From: Patescibacteria group bacterium
Lineage (GTDB): Bacteria; Patescibacteriota; Microgenomatia; UBA10105; UBA927
Direction of reading: 5' to 3'
Length of the DNA: 37,246 nucleotides
Assembly: GCA_038062795.1 (NCBI GenBank)
Contig: JBBTWM010000013.1
Span: 1-37,246, forward strand
Shown: one piece after another, positions 24,011 through 35,751 of the stretch
How the letters are laid out: each line of letters begins with the position of its first letter
Position numbering within the stretch: position 1 is the stretch's first letter
The notes under the pieces: generated by a model
The model's input: the letters and a program-made list of their open reading frames with translations, nothing else
The model's database searches: none
What the model was told of the DNA's origin: nothing
Made by a program: the position numbers and the translations under genes

Positions 24011-25219
24011 CTATTTAAATTGGCTTGTCAAGTTGTAAATAGGGGTAATGACGGATATAACGATAAATCCGACCCCAACTCCCAGGATCACCATAATAAT
24101 CGGCTCAATCGCCGTCGTTAACCCCTTCACGAGATTTTCCGATTCCGACTGAAAATATTTGGACAGCTTCAGCAGCGTGTCATCAAGTTTTCCCGTTTCT
24201 TCTCCGACTTTCATCATTTGCGACACAATCGGCGGAAACACCGGATACTGCGAAAACGTCTCTCCGAGAGGGAATCCCCGTTCAACTTTTTTTGAAATAT
24301 CGACGATTGCGTTCCGGAATAGGACATTACCCAACGCATCTTTGAGAATCTCCAGCGCATCCAGCAACCGGATACCGGAAGAAATAAGCATGGATAGCGT
24401 TCGGGTAAATTCCACCAAAATAATTTTCTTTTGCAGTTCCCCGAATAAAGGAATGTGTAAAAAAATGGTGTCCACAATTAATTCCCCGATTTTTGTTTTT
24501 TTCCACTTCATAAAACCATAAAAACCACCGACGGAAAGCGCTATCATGAGCCACCACCAATGCACAAAAAATTTAGAAATGGTGATCAGGAGCTGCGTTG
24601 CAAACGGCAAATCAACACCAAAATCTGCATAGAGTTCCGTCAGCTTGGGTATGACGACCGTCATCATGATCATCACGACAATTCCCATACCGACAATGAT
24701 AATCACCGGGTAAATCATGGCACCGGTGACTTTCCCGCGGAAATCCCGCTGGGACTCCATAGAATCAGCCAGGCGGGCCAATACCTGATCCAACTGCCCT
24801 GAAGATTCACCTGCCCGGATAAGGGCAATATAGATAGCAGTAAAATGCTGCGGATATTTACTGAGTGCATCCCCAAGATTTCCACCACCGGTAATCTGGT
24901 GCTCTATTTCCATGAGTACGCTTCCGAATGCCCTGTTTTCCGACTGTGCACGGAGGATAGAAAGTGCCTCAGGTAAAGAAAGCCCGGCGACCACCATGGT
25001 GGCAAGTTGCCGCGTAAAATTCACGATTTCTCCAAAGCCAACGCGCTGAAATTGCACGGACGCGGTACTCTTTGAGCGGCCCCGGGTTTCCGTCATGCCG
25101 ATGATAAACAGTTGTTTTTCGTGCAGAAGTTTCGTTGCCGCTTCTTTTGTCGGTGCTTCAACCAATCCGTTGACCATCTTGCTGGTGAGGTCTCTGGCTT
25201 TGTAGGAAAAAAATGCCAT
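24011..25219 (-). CDS. pilC: PilC / GspF-family type IV pilus platform protein
   Basis: MAFFSYKARDLTSKMVNGLVEA N-terminus, two GspF repeats (..LSILRAQSEN.., ..LEILKDALGN..) and three TM segments. The alternative TTG start at 25249 would overlap the pilT stop. Confidence 0.9.
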   Translation of the reverse strand: MAFFSYKARDLTSKMVNGLVEAPTKEAATKLLHEKQLFIIGMTETRGRSKSTASVQFQRVGFGEIVNFTRQLATMVVAGLSLPEALSILRAQSENRAFGSVLMEIEHQITGGGNLGDALSKYPQHFTAIYIALIRAGESSGQLDQVLARLADSMESQRDFRGKVTGAMIYPVIIIVGMGIVVMIMMTVVIPKLTELYADFGVDLPFATQLLITISKFFVHWWWLMIALSVGGFYGFMKWKKTKIGELIVDTIFLHIPLFGELQKKIILVEFTRTLSMLISSGIRLLDALEILKDALGNVLFRNAIVDISKKVERGFPLGETFSQYPVFPPIVSQMMKVGEETGKLDDTLLKLSKYFQSESENLVKGLTTAIEPIIMVILGVGVGFIVISVITPIYNLTSQFK

Positions 25220-25245
25220 AGTCGAAACTTTCTTGATTGCCTCCG

Positions 25246-26304
25246 TCAAACATGCCGCGTAAGGAGTCGGCCTAATTCTTCCGGACGCAGTGCGTATGAT
25301 GTTGCAACGTCGAGACCGATAGTTCCCGCCTGCACCAGCTTGGCAAGTGATGTTTCCAGCGTCATCATACCAAACTCAGCACTCGTTTGAATAATATTAT
25401 CAATCTGATGTGTTTTTCCTTCACGGATCAGCGTCCGTGCCGCCGGGGTCGCAGTAAGGATTTCTGAAACCGGTACCCTCCCGCCGGCAAGCGCCGGCAC
25501 GAGACGCAAAGATAGCACTCCCTCCAATACATTGGAGAGTTGCAATCTCACTTGCGTCTGCTGATTTTCCGGAAACACATCCACAATGCGGTCAATCGTC
25601 TGAGCGGCTGAATTGGTGTGTAACGTTGCAAATACCAAATGACCTGTTTCGGCAATGGTTATCGCTGACTGGATTGTTTCAAAATCCCGCATTTCGCCGA
25701 TCAAGACTACATCCGGATCTTCCCGCAACACACTCCGGAGCGCAACATTATAGGAATGAGTATCTCCATGCATCTCACGCTGGGAAATGATAGATTTTGC
25801 GATGGGGTAGACATATTCTATTGGGTCTTCAATCGTGACAATATGCGTCGCTTTTCCCTGGTTGATCACGTTAATCATGGAAGCAAGCGTCGTGGATTTG
25901 CCATGTCCGGTCGGCCCGGTCACCAGCACGAGCCCCTGCCGAAGTTTTACAAATTCATGACATATTTCCGGAAGTCCCAACGCTTCGATTGACTTGATCT
26001 GCTGCGGGATGAGGCGAAACGCTCCCGCAATGGTACTTTTCTGCAGGTAGACATTTATCCGGAACCGACCGACGGACGTCGCGAGCGAATAGTCAATTTC
26101 CCGATTTGTCTCAAATATATCTTTTTGGTCCCCGGAAAACGTCCCGTATATGAGTTGACGGACTTCTTCATCCGTAAGAATAGCAGTACCTTCAATCGGA
26201 AATAACACGCCGGCTACCCTCAACATCGGGGGGTACCCCACGACCAGATGCAAATCAGATGCTTCTTTCCGTGCTGCTTCAGAAAATAATTGTTGTATAT
26301 CCAT
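25246..26304 (-). CDS. pilT: PilT-type twitching-motility (retraction) ATPase
   Basis: 352 aa. ASDLHL, Walker A GPTGHGKST, Asp box, Walker B VVLIGEMRD, His box TGHLVFATLHT, and no N-terminal GspE_N domain. Confidence 0.95.
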   Translation of the reverse strand: MDIQQLFSEAARKEASDLHLVVGYPPMLRVAGVLFPIEGTAILTDEEVRQLIYGTFSGDQKDIFETNREIDYSLATSVGRFRINVYLQKSTIAGAFRLIPQQIKSIEALGLPEICHEFVKLRQGLVLVTGPTGHGKSTTLASMINVINQGKATHIVTIEDPIEYVYPIAKSIISQREMHGDTHSYNVALRSVLREDPDVVLIGEMRDFETIQSAITIAETGHLVFATLHTNSAAQTIDRIVDVFPENQQTQVRLQLSNVLEGVLSLRLVPALAGGRVPVSEILTATPAARTLIREGKTHQIDNIIQTSAEFGMMTLETSLAKLVQAGTIGLDVATSYALRPEELGRLLTRHV

Positions 26305-26309
26305 GAAAT

Positions 26310-28025
26310 TTAATCCTGGGCGACCCTGAGCACTTCTTCAATCGTTGTTACCGCTTCGAGTGCTTTAAGATATCCGTCTTGCTTCATCGAAATCATCCCC
26401 TCGGAAACCGCTTGTTTTTCAATTTCACTCATAGGCGCTCTCGTCAACGTCAATTTACTGATCGCATCAGAGACGGAGAACAACTCAAAAACACCCAGTC
26501 TCCCAAGATACCCGCTTCCTCCGCATGAATCACAGGGCGCGCCATTGACCGTTCCCTTTCCCTTATACAGCATCATGGGTTTATCCGAAGGCCACAACGA
26601 CCCGACAACTTTCTTCATGTCAGATAACACCGCCTCATCCGGCGTATACTCTTCCTTACAGGTGGGGCAAACTCTCCGTGCAATACGTTGACCAAGCACT
26701 GCGTTCAGCGCAGAGGCGACTAAAAACGGCTCAGCACCAAGGTCGATTAAACGGGGAATAGCGCCTGCGGCATTGTTGGTGTGCAGGGTAGAAAATACCA
26801 AATGACCGGTTAAGGCTGCCTGTATGGCGAGATCAGTCGTTTCGGAATCGCGGATTTCTCCTACCAATATAATGTTAGGATCCTGACGCAAAAAACTCCG
26901 GAGTCCTGTAGCAAACGTTAAGCCGGCAGCAGGATTTATCTGCACCTGATTCACCCCGGCAATCTCATACTCGACCGGATCTTCCAGCGTCATAATATTT
27001 ACTTTTGCGTTATTGAGTATTGCGAGCACGGAATACAGGGTGGTCGTTTTCCCTGAGCCGGTAGGACCGGTAACCAAAATTATTCCGTGCGGACGCCGTA
27101 TCGATGTTTCCAGATTGTTCAGCGCAAGCCCCCGAAGGCCCAGATCTCCCAATGTCGGAATGCCCCCGGATTTCTTGAGCAACCGCATGACAACCTTTTC
27201 CCCATGCACGGTCGGCAATGTAGACACACGGAGGTCCACCTCGCTTTCTCCCATTTTGAAGTTAAACCGACCATCCTGAGGTATGCGTTTTTCATCAATT
27301 TTTAGATCGGCCAAAATTTTAATACGCGATACCACTGCATCCTGTAGCCTCCTGGGCAACACAAGGCGTTCCTGTAAAATTCCGTCTACCCGGTATCGCA
27401 CCCGCGTTTCTCCGATCTGCGGCTCTATATGCACATCTGATGCGCGTATCCGGATCGCTTGCTCTAAGATAGCAGACACAATTTGGGCAATCGGCGCTTC
27501 CCGAATGACTTCTCCTAAGTGCCCTGCCTCATATGTTTTGATAATTGGCGCGGATTCCTCCAGCGCTGCGGTGACATCGGCCCCCAGACTTTGTGTGTAC
27601 AATTCATCGATTGCCGCCTTAATATCATCCGCAACTCCCATAAATGGCTTGATGGGACGCCCGGATTTTTTCTCTAAAAATTCAATAACCTGAAAATCCA
27701 ACGGGTCGAGCATCACTACAGAGAGAGCACCATGATCCGTCGGCTCAACCTGAAAAGGAACCAGTGTGTAGCGTCTTGCCACGGGTTCCGGGATAAAATT
27801 CACCACATCCGGAGTAATCGCGCTACCCGAAACCGACGCAAACGGGATACCCAAAGATTCTGCTTTTGCCCGTGCAAATTCCTCTATAGATACAATATGT
27901 TTCGCTTGCAAAAGGTCGTCGACCGATGTGTCGGAATTGAGCGCCTCAACCCGGAACTTATCGGCTTGCTCGGCCGTTAATTTATGGGAAGCGATTAAAT
28001 TGGCAACAATATCTTGGGCAGCCAT
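26310..28025 (-). CDS. pilB: PilB / GspE-type pilus extension ATPase with N-terminal T2SSE_N domain and tetracysteine motif
   Basis: 571 aa. N-domain (..GIPFASV..RRYTLVPF), ASDVHIEP, Walker A GPTGSGKTTT, Walker B ILVGEIRD, TGHLVFSTLHTN, and CPTC...CDSC zinc motif. Confidence 0.95.
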   Translation of the reverse strand: MAAQDIVANLIASHKLTAEQADKFRVEALNSDTSVDDLLQAKHIVSIEEFARAKAESLGIPFASVSGSAITPDVVNFIPEPVARRYTLVPFQVEPTDHGALSVVMLDPLDFQVIEFLEKKSGRPIKPFMGVADDIKAAIDELYTQSLGADVTAALEESAPIIKTYEAGHLGEVIREAPIAQIVSAILEQAIRIRASDVHIEPQIGETRVRYRVDGILQERLVLPRRLQDAVVSRIKILADLKIDEKRIPQDGRFNFKMGESEVDLRVSTLPTVHGEKVVMRLLKKSGGIPTLGDLGLRGLALNNLETSIRRPHGIILVTGPTGSGKTTTLYSVLAILNNAKVNIMTLEDPVEYEIAGVNQVQINPAAGLTFATGLRSFLRQDPNIILVGEIRDSETTDLAIQAALTGHLVFSTLHTNNAAGAIPRLIDLGAEPFLVASALNAVLGQRIARRVCPTCKEEYTPDEAVLSDMKKVVGSLWPSDKPMMLYKGKGTVNGAPCDSCGGSGYLGRLGVFELFSVSDAISKLTLTRAPMSEIEKQAVSEGMISMKQDGYLKALEAVTTIEEVLRVAQD

Positions 28026-28112
28026 ACTAAGTAACGATTAATAACGTAACAAAAACAACAAAATTGCGAATTCCCCGTATCCTTCGCTATTACCATTATT
28101 CACCGAAACTAC

Positions 28113-28141
28113 TTGGCTTTGCAAGGGGAGTAAGGCATAAT
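28113..28141 (+). promoter_or_regulatory. Candidate promoter TTGGCT-17 nt-CATAAT upstream of holB-like gene
   Basis: TTGGCT at 28113-28118, 17-nt spacer, CATAAT at 28136-28141. AAGGAG SD at 28201-28206 precedes ATG 28219. Confidence 0.4.
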
Positions 28142-28218
28142 GAGAAAATGGCGGAATTACTCTACTGGTTTTAGTGCAAACACGTTAACCAGAAAACGGT
28201 AAGGAGCGGGTAACTAGT

Positions 28219-28920
28219 ATGCAAACGGTTCTTATCATAGGCAGCACGGCACAAGCCCGAAATTCTGCCATAGCACAACAGCTGCGTTCTTGGAACATTT
28301 CTGTATTTGACCGGATAAGCCCGGCGGATGAATCATTGTCCATCGGGATAGCTGATATCCGGGTATTCATAAAGAAACTCGCGTTCACTCCTCATGAGGG
28401 TAGTCACATTGCCGGTATCATCGAAAATAGCGAAAAATTATCAATTGAAGCACAGCAAGCGCTATTAAAAACGCTCGAAGAACCTCCCATACATGCCTAT
28501 ATCATTATGGGGATACCGAATACGGCACTGCTGCTTCCCACGATCATATCGCGATGTATGTGCGTCAACCTGCAAGACACCGTAGCGCAATACACACCCG
28601 AACAATTCCAAAAAAATGCTGCACAATTACACACCCTTATCACGGCATCCCCCGGTAAACGGGTTGCCATACTATCGACCTTGGGCACAACAAAAGAAGA
28701 CCTAGGGCATTGGATCGACGAAGCAATTGGCACATTGCGCAATGAAATCCTGGAGCACCCAAACAGCGCTGATAATCAGCCCACAAAAAAACGCGCGCAC
28801 CTGGTGCATGCCTTGATAGAAACGAGGAAATACCGGGAAAATAACGTGAATCTTCTTCTGCTTTTAGAACGCGCATTTTTGACTCTTCCGATGACCTCAC
28901 GTCATAGAAAATATGGCTAG
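28219..28920 (+). CDS. holB: DNA polymerase III delta-prime-like clamp-loader subunit (short, no intact P-loop)
   Basis: AQQALLKTLEEPP and LLPTIISRC motifs (sensor-1/SRC region of clamp-loader AAA+ proteins). The N-terminus VLIIGSTAQARNSAIA has no GxxGxGK. 233 aa. Confidence 0.65.
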   Translation: MQTVLIIGSTAQARNSAIAQQLRSWNISVFDRISPADESLSIGIADIRVFIKKLAFTPHEGSHIAGIIENSEKLSIEAQQALLKTLEEPPIHAYIIMGIPNTALLLPTIISRCMCVNLQDTVAQYTPEQFQKNAAQLHTLITASPGKRVAILSTLGTTKEDLGHWIDEAIGTLRNEILEHPNSADNQPTKKRAHLVHALIETRKYRENNVNLLLLLERAFLTLPMTSRHRKYG

Positions 28921-28967
28921 ACAAGGCACGATTCTTTCTGTACAATGAGATATGAGCGTGGGTTTAG

Positions 28968-30920
<1,953 letters not shown>

Positions 30921-30941
30921 TATCTATAAAAGGAGGAGTCT

Positions 30942-31463
30942 ATGAATCTATCAAACATTAAACCAGGGAAGAATCCGCCGGACGACGTCAACGTCATCAT
31001 CGAAATCCCACAAGGGTGCATGGTGAAGTATGAAATGGATAAAGAAGCAGAAGTCATTATGGTTGACCGATTCGTGCGCACCACCATGGGATACCCGGCC
31101 AATTACGGTTTTGTACCCAATACCATGTCCGGCGACGGAGATCCCGTTGATGTCATGGTTCTCTGCAGCCAGCCGCTGCACCCGGGGGTCATGGTGAACG
31201 TTGTCCCGATAGCACTGCTCGAAATGGAAGATGAATCCGGCGTGGATGCCAAAGTAGTTGCCGTTCCGACGGAAAAATCCGACCCGTTATTCGGCGTCTG
31301 GAAAGATGTGGGCGATATTCCGACCGCGGTCAAAGATAAAATTAAACACTTTTTCGAACACTACAAAGAACTGGAACCCGGCAAATGGGTCAAGCTTAAG
31401 GAATGGAAAAATAAATCCGTAGCTATAGAAGAAATCAAAGCAGGAATAGCAGCACATAAATAA
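30942..31463 (+). CDS. ppa: Inorganic pyrophosphatase, family I
   Basis: VNVIIEIPQG..KYE.D, YPANYGFVPNT and DGDPVDVMVL are canonical family I PPase motifs. AGGAGGAG SD precedes the start. Confidence 0.95.
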   Translation: MNLSNIKPGKNPPDDVNVIIEIPQGCMVKYEMDKEAEVIMVDRFVRTTMGYPANYGFVPNTMSGDGDPVDVMVLCSQPLHPGVMVNVVPIALLEMEDESGVDAKVVAVPTEKSDPLFGVWKDVGDIPTAVKDKIKHFFEHYKELEPGKWVKLKEWKNKSVAIEEIKAGIAAHK

Positions 31464-31469
31464 TTTTGT

Positions 31470-33998
31470 ATGGCACACATAGGCAAACTGAAGGAAAGCG
31501 ACATCGTCGCGGAAATGCAAAAATCGTACCTCGATTACGCGATGAGCGTCATCGTGGCGCGCGCGCTGCCTGATGTCCGTGACGGCTTGAAGCCGGTTCA
31601 CCGCCGGATTCTCTACGCGATGCATCAGATGGGACTCCACCACACGTCCAAATACAGAAAAAGTGCCACGGTTGTCGGAGAAGTCTTGGGTAAATATCAT
31701 CCGCACGGCGATGCGCCGGTGTATGAATCGCTCGTAAGGCTGGCGCAGGAATTTTCTATGCGCTATCCGCTCGTCGACGGCCAGGGAAATTTCGGCTCCA
31801 TAGACGGCGATCCGCCGGCGGCCATGCGGTATACCGAGGCACGGTCATCGGCAATCTCTTCCGAAATGCTCTTGGATATCGAAAAAGACACGGTCAACTT
31901 CGAACCGAACTTTGACGGTACGATCAAAGAGCCATTGTATTTGCCGGCCAAACTCCCGAATTTACTCCTGATGGGTTCTGAAGGTATTGCGGTCGGTATG
32001 GCGACCAAAATTCCTCCGCACAACCTGGGAGAGCTCGTTGATGCAATTACGTTCATGATCAGTAAAACAAAAGTTGTGGAACCCAAAAGCTCGGACAAAA
32101 AAGAGCGCGAAACGGATACACAGGTCATGCCGTCGTTTACGTTTGATGCCTCTTTGGACGATCTGATGCAGTTTATCCAGGGCCCGGATTTCCCCACAGC
32201 CGGCGCTATCTATGACATAAACGAAATCAAAAATGCGTATGCCACCGGACGGGGGAAAATCATTATCCGGGGCAAAGCCGAAATAGAGGAGATAGCAAAC
32301 GGCAAAAGTGCAATAGCGATAACCGAATTACCCTATCAGGTAAATAAAGCCAATCTCGTTGCCCGTATAGCAGACCTGGTGAAAGAAAAAAAGCTGGATG
32401 GCATCTCTGACTTGCGTGACGAATCAGACCGGCGCGGCATCCGGGTGTGGATAGAACTCAAACGTGACGCACAACCCAACAAAGTGCTCAACAACTTATA
32501 CAAATTTACCGAGCTTCAAACATCATTCCCGGTTAACGTCGTGGCATTGGTAGATGGAACGCCACGGACATTAACGCTACGGGAAATTCTCGAAGAATAC
32601 CTCAAACACCGCCACAGCGTCATCCGGCGGCGCAGTGAGTTTGAACTGAAAGAAGCCAAAGCGCGTGAACACATATTGGAAGGATTAAAGATTGCGGTTG
32701 ACCATATCGATGAGGTCATTTCCATTATCAAAAAAAGCAAAGACGCAGAAGAGGCCAAGCAAAAGTTGATGGCCCGATTTAAACTAAGCGACATTCAAAC
32801 CACCGCAATTTTAGATATGCAGCTGCGTAAGCTTGCAGCTCTTGAGCGGCAAAAAATCGAAGACGAACTTGCCATGATCAGAGAGACAATTTCCTATCTC
32901 ATGGATTTGTTGGCGCATCCTGAAAAAATTCTCAAAGTCGTGAAAGATGAACTTGCCAAACTCAAGGAAAAATACGGCGATAACCGGCGTACCCGTGTGT
33001 ACAAAAGCCGCGTCGGTGAACTGTCCGATGAACAGCTGATCCCCAACGAAGAAACCATTATCACGATGACCGAAACCGGCTATATCAAGCGGGTGCCGCG
33101 CTCAACATTCAAGCTCCAGGAACGGGGCGGCAAGGGGGTCATCGGCATGGCCACCAAAGAAGAAGACGCCATAGATAAGCTGGTAAGTGCCAAAACGCAT
33201 GACAACATGTTGTTCTTTACCGAAAAAGGGAAAGTCTATCAAGTCCGCGTTTGGGATATTCCGGAGGCGAGCCGCCAATCCAAGGGCCAGGCAGTCGTCA
33301 ATCTCATTAATATAGAAAGTTCGGAAAAAGCGACGAGCACGCTGGCATACAGTCTCAAACGGACTGAACAAAAAGAAAAGGGCCACGAATACATCCTGAT
33401 GGCGACCAAAAAGGGAGTCGTCAAAAAAACCAAACTTTCGCAGTTTGAAAATATCCGGAGAAACGGACTGGTCGCGATCAAACTCGAATCCGGCGATGAA
33501 TTAACCTGGGCCAAGTTAACAAGCGGCAATGACGATGTATTGCTGGTTACCCACGAGGGCAAATCCATCCGGTTCTCTGAGTCGGAAGTCCGGCACACCG
33601 GACGCGATACGATGGGAGTTCGGGGCATCCTGCTTAAACCGGGCGACTACATTGTCGCTATGGAAGTGATCGGAAGCGAAAACAAAAAAGCAGACTTCCT
33701 AACGCTGATGGAAAAGGGGCTGGGGAAAAAGACGAATATCACCGGGTTCCCCAAACAGAAACGCGGCGGACAAGGGGTGAAAGTGGCCGAAATCAAACCC
33801 AGGACCGGCAAAATTGTATTGTCCCAAATGGTTCCCGAAGGCAGCGAAGAAGTCATCCTGACCTCGATGAAAGGGCAGGTCGTTAAACTCCCGATGAAAT
33901 CAATTCCGCAGCTCTCAAGAGCCACCAGCGGCGTGATCCTGATGCGGTTTACGGATAAAACCGATACGATAGCTGCCGCGACCTGCCTCACAAAGTGA
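31470..33998 (+). CDS. gyrA: DNA gyrase subunit A
   Basis: [21 protein letters not shown], active-site AAMRYTEAR, and a C-terminal beta-pinwheel with a GyrA-box-like QKRGGQGV. Confidence 0.97.
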   Translation: MAHIGKLKESDIVAEMQKSYLDYAMSVIVARALPDVRDGLKPVHRRILYAMHQMGLHHTSKYRKSATVVGEVLGKYHPHGDAPVYESLVRLAQEFSMRYPLVDGQGNFGSIDGDPPAAMRYTEARSSAISSEMLLDIEKDTVNFEPNFDGTIKEPLYLPAKLPNLLLMGSEGIAVGMATKIPPHNLGELVDAITFMISKTKVVEPKSSDKKERETDTQVMPSFTFDASLDDLMQFIQGPDFPTAGAIYDINEIKNAYATGRGKIIIRGKAEIEEIANGKSAIAITELPYQVNKANLVARIADLVKEKKLDGISDLRDESDRRGIRVWIELKRDAQPNKVLNNLYKFTELQTSFPVNVVALVDGTPRTLTLREILEEYLKHRHSVIRRRSEFELKEAKAREHILEGLKIAVDHIDEVISIIKKSKDAEEAKQKLMARFKLSDIQTTAILDMQLRKLAALERQKIEDELAMIRETISYLMDLLAHPEKILKVVKDELAKLKEKYGDNRRTRVYKSRVGELSDEQLIPNEETIITMTETGYIKRVPRSTFKLQERGGKGVIGMATKEEDAIDKLVSAKTHDNMLFFTEKGKVYQVRVWDIPEASRQSKGQAVVNLINIESSEKATSTLAYSLKRTEQKEKGHEYILMATKKGVVKKTKLSQFENIRRNGLVAIKLESGDELTWAKLTSGNDDVLLVTHEGKSIRFSESEVRHTGRDTMGVRGILLKPGDYIVAMEVIGSENKKADFLTLMEKGLGKKTNITGFPKQKRGGQGVKVAEIKPRTGKIVLSQMVPEGSEEVILTSMKGQVVKLPMKSIPQLSRATSGVILMRFTDKTDTIAAATCLTK

Positions 33999-33999
33999 G

Positions 34000-34740
34000 C
34001 TATTCCAATTCGAACGTCACAGTCACGGATTTTGATACGGTGCCTGATCCCGGTTCAACCGCTCCACCGCCGCCACCCCCGCCGCCTTCCATCTTAAAAT
34101 AGGGAACGGGTTGCTGAGACGCGCCTGCTTCGACGACGCTCACGACTTTACCCAGCGTTCGCCCTGTGGACTGCGCAACTTTGGCAGCTTTCGTTTCGGC
34201 GTTTTTAAACGCTGCGTCAAGGAGTGCCGTTGCCTGTTCACTTGTGTCGTCGAATGTGAAATTCGGGCCATACACATTCGTCGCGCCGCCTTTGGTAAGC
34301 ACACTTGCCAACGTTGCAGCACGGTCGACATTCTGTAATTTAATCTCTACGGTGTTGCCGACATTCCATTGCCCCGGGCGGTACTTTTGTCGCCCGTCCT
34401 CATAGTATTGATCCTGGTTCTGGTAAATATTCAGGCTCTGCGTTTTGATGTCTTCGCTCGTCACGCCAAATTCTTTCACCGCCTCGATAATTGCCTCAAC
34501 CTTTTTATTCACTTCGTTGACCGCTACTGTTTTGTCATCATTGTACGCATTCACTCCGGCCGTAAAAATCGCAATTTGGCTTTTTTCCTGGCTCTTTGCC
34601 TCACCAACCACGGTGACACTGCGCACCGGTGCTATTTGCAGCCTTCCCCAGGAAGGGAGAAAGAGACTTCCTACACCCATCAACAATGCAAATAAAACGA
34701 CGCTAATAATCATCGAGACACCAAACGATTTTTGTTCCAT
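34000..34740 (-). CDS. SIMPL/DUF541-family exported protein (paralog 1) with Gly8 tract
   Basis: N-terminal TM/signal helix (FGVSMIISVVLFALLMGVG), SIMPL-like core, and C-terminus GGGGGGGGAVEPGSGTVSKSVTVTFELE. AGAGGAG SD precedes ATG 34740. Its stop lies 1 nt from the gyrA stop (convergent). Confidence 0.75.
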   Translation of the reverse strand: MEQKSFGVSMIISVVLFALLMGVGSLFLPSWGRLQIAPVRSVTVVGEAKSQEKSQIAIFTAGVNAYNDDKTVAVNEVNKKVEAIIEAVKEFGVTSEDIKTQSLNIYQNQDQYYEDGRQKYRPGQWNVGNTVEIKLQNVDRAATLASVLTKGGATNVYGPNFTFDDTSEQATALLDAAFKNAETKAAKVAQSTGRTLGKVVSVVEAGASQQPVPYFKMEGGGGGGGGAVEPGSGTVSKSVTVTFELE

Positions 34741-34801
34741 AGCAATAACTCCTCTTCTTCCATTTAACGTGCAAGCCGCCTCTCTTGTCAACTCCGGAAT
34801 T

Positions 34802-34810
34802 TGGTATACT
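34802..34810 (+). promoter_or_regulatory. Extended -10 element TGGTATACT upstream of folD
   Basis: TGgTATACT at 34802-34810, 11 nt before ATG 34822, with no SD in between. A -35-like TTGTCA (34785-34790) is only 14 nt away. Confidence 0.3.
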
Positions 34811-34821
34811 GCTCTCACTGT

Positions 34822-35751
34822 ATGAAGATAGACGGTAAAGCGCTGGCCGAATCAATCCTGAGTGAGTTGACGCAAAAAGTCACCGTGTTGAAATCACAGG
34901 GTATAACGCCGACGCTTGCCGTTATCCTTATCGGCGATAATCCGGCTTCTCTTGCCTACATCAGGCAAAAACAAAAAGCCGCAGAGAGAATCGGTGCAAA
35001 ACTTCTTTTGAATCATGCCCGCCCCGCTTCGCGGAGCGAGGCCGGGGAGACAAAAACCATGAATCCAGAAGAATTGCTTCGCTTGATCCAAAAATACAAT
35101 AACGACCCGAATGTCCACGGACTCATTGTCCAACGGCCGTTACCCGACTCGATGGGGGACACAAAAGGTATCGTGGGTGCCGTAGCTCCCCACAAAGATG
35201 TAGACGGATTTGTGCCAAACTCTCCCTTTGATGTGCCGGTTGCCCGTGCAGTATGGGAAATCATCGGGTCCACGCGACAAAACCCCAAACACATCGTCGT
35301 CATCGGCAGGGGGGAGACCGCAGGGAAGCCTATCGCCAACTATCTACATCGACTTTTTGCGACTTCAACGACCGATGTCGCAACAAAGTCGAGGGGTTTC
35401 GCGACGTCTCAGAAGGAACGTCGTGATAACCAACATTGTACGACATCATTGATTCATTCCCACACATCACATCCCAAAGAAATAATGCAACGGGCCGATA
35501 TCATCATTAGTTGTGTTGGGAAGGAACGGGTGGTGACCGGGGATTGTGTGAAACCCGGCGCGATGCTTATAAGCGTGGGCATCTGGCGTGATTCATCCGG
35601 AAAACTGCGGGGGGATTACAACGAAGAAGAAATTGCTAATGTTGCATCTTTTTACACGCCCACTCCCGGCGGAGTAGGACCGGTGAATGTGGCATGCCTC
35701 ATGCAAAACCTTATAAAAGCTTGTATGATGTCAGTAGGAGGAACACTATGA
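34822..35751 (+). CDS. folD: Bifunctional methylenetetrahydrofolate dehydrogenase/cyclohydrolase with two lineage-specific insertions
   Basis: IDGKALAESI, AVILIGDNPAS..YIRQK, HGLIVQRPLP, PHKDVDGF, VVIGRGETAGKPIA, ADIIISCVGK and TPTPGGVGPVN. Confidence 0.9.
   Translation: MKIDGKALAESILSELTQKVTVLKSQGITPTLAVILIGDNPASLAYIRQKQKAAERIGAKLLLNHARPASRSEAGETKTMNPEELLRLIQKYNNDPNVHGLIVQRPLPDSMGDTKGIVGAVAPHKDVDGFVPNSPFDVPVARAVWEIIGSTRQNPKHIVVIGRGETAGKPIANYLHRLFATSTTDVATKSRGFATSQKERRDNQHCTTSLIHSHTSHPKEIMQRADIIISCVGKERVVTGDCVKPGAMLISVGIWRDSSGKLRGDYNEEEIANVASFYTPTPGGVGPVNVACLMQNLIKACMMSVGGTL

Noticed and set aside
28140-28202. 20-codon ORF (MRKWRNYSTGFSANTLTRKR) in the pilB/holB divergent region.
   Set aside because: Its ATG overlaps the predicted -10 hexamer of the holB-like promoter, so it would lie upstream of the transcript start. 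It has no SD and no compositional signal.
34063-34086. The Gly8-coding tract in SIMPL paralog 1 as a slipped-strand phase-variation repeat.
   Set aside because: The DNA is a mixture of GGC/GGG/GGT/GGA codons, not a homopolymer or perfect short tandem repeat. Length changes would also stay in frame.
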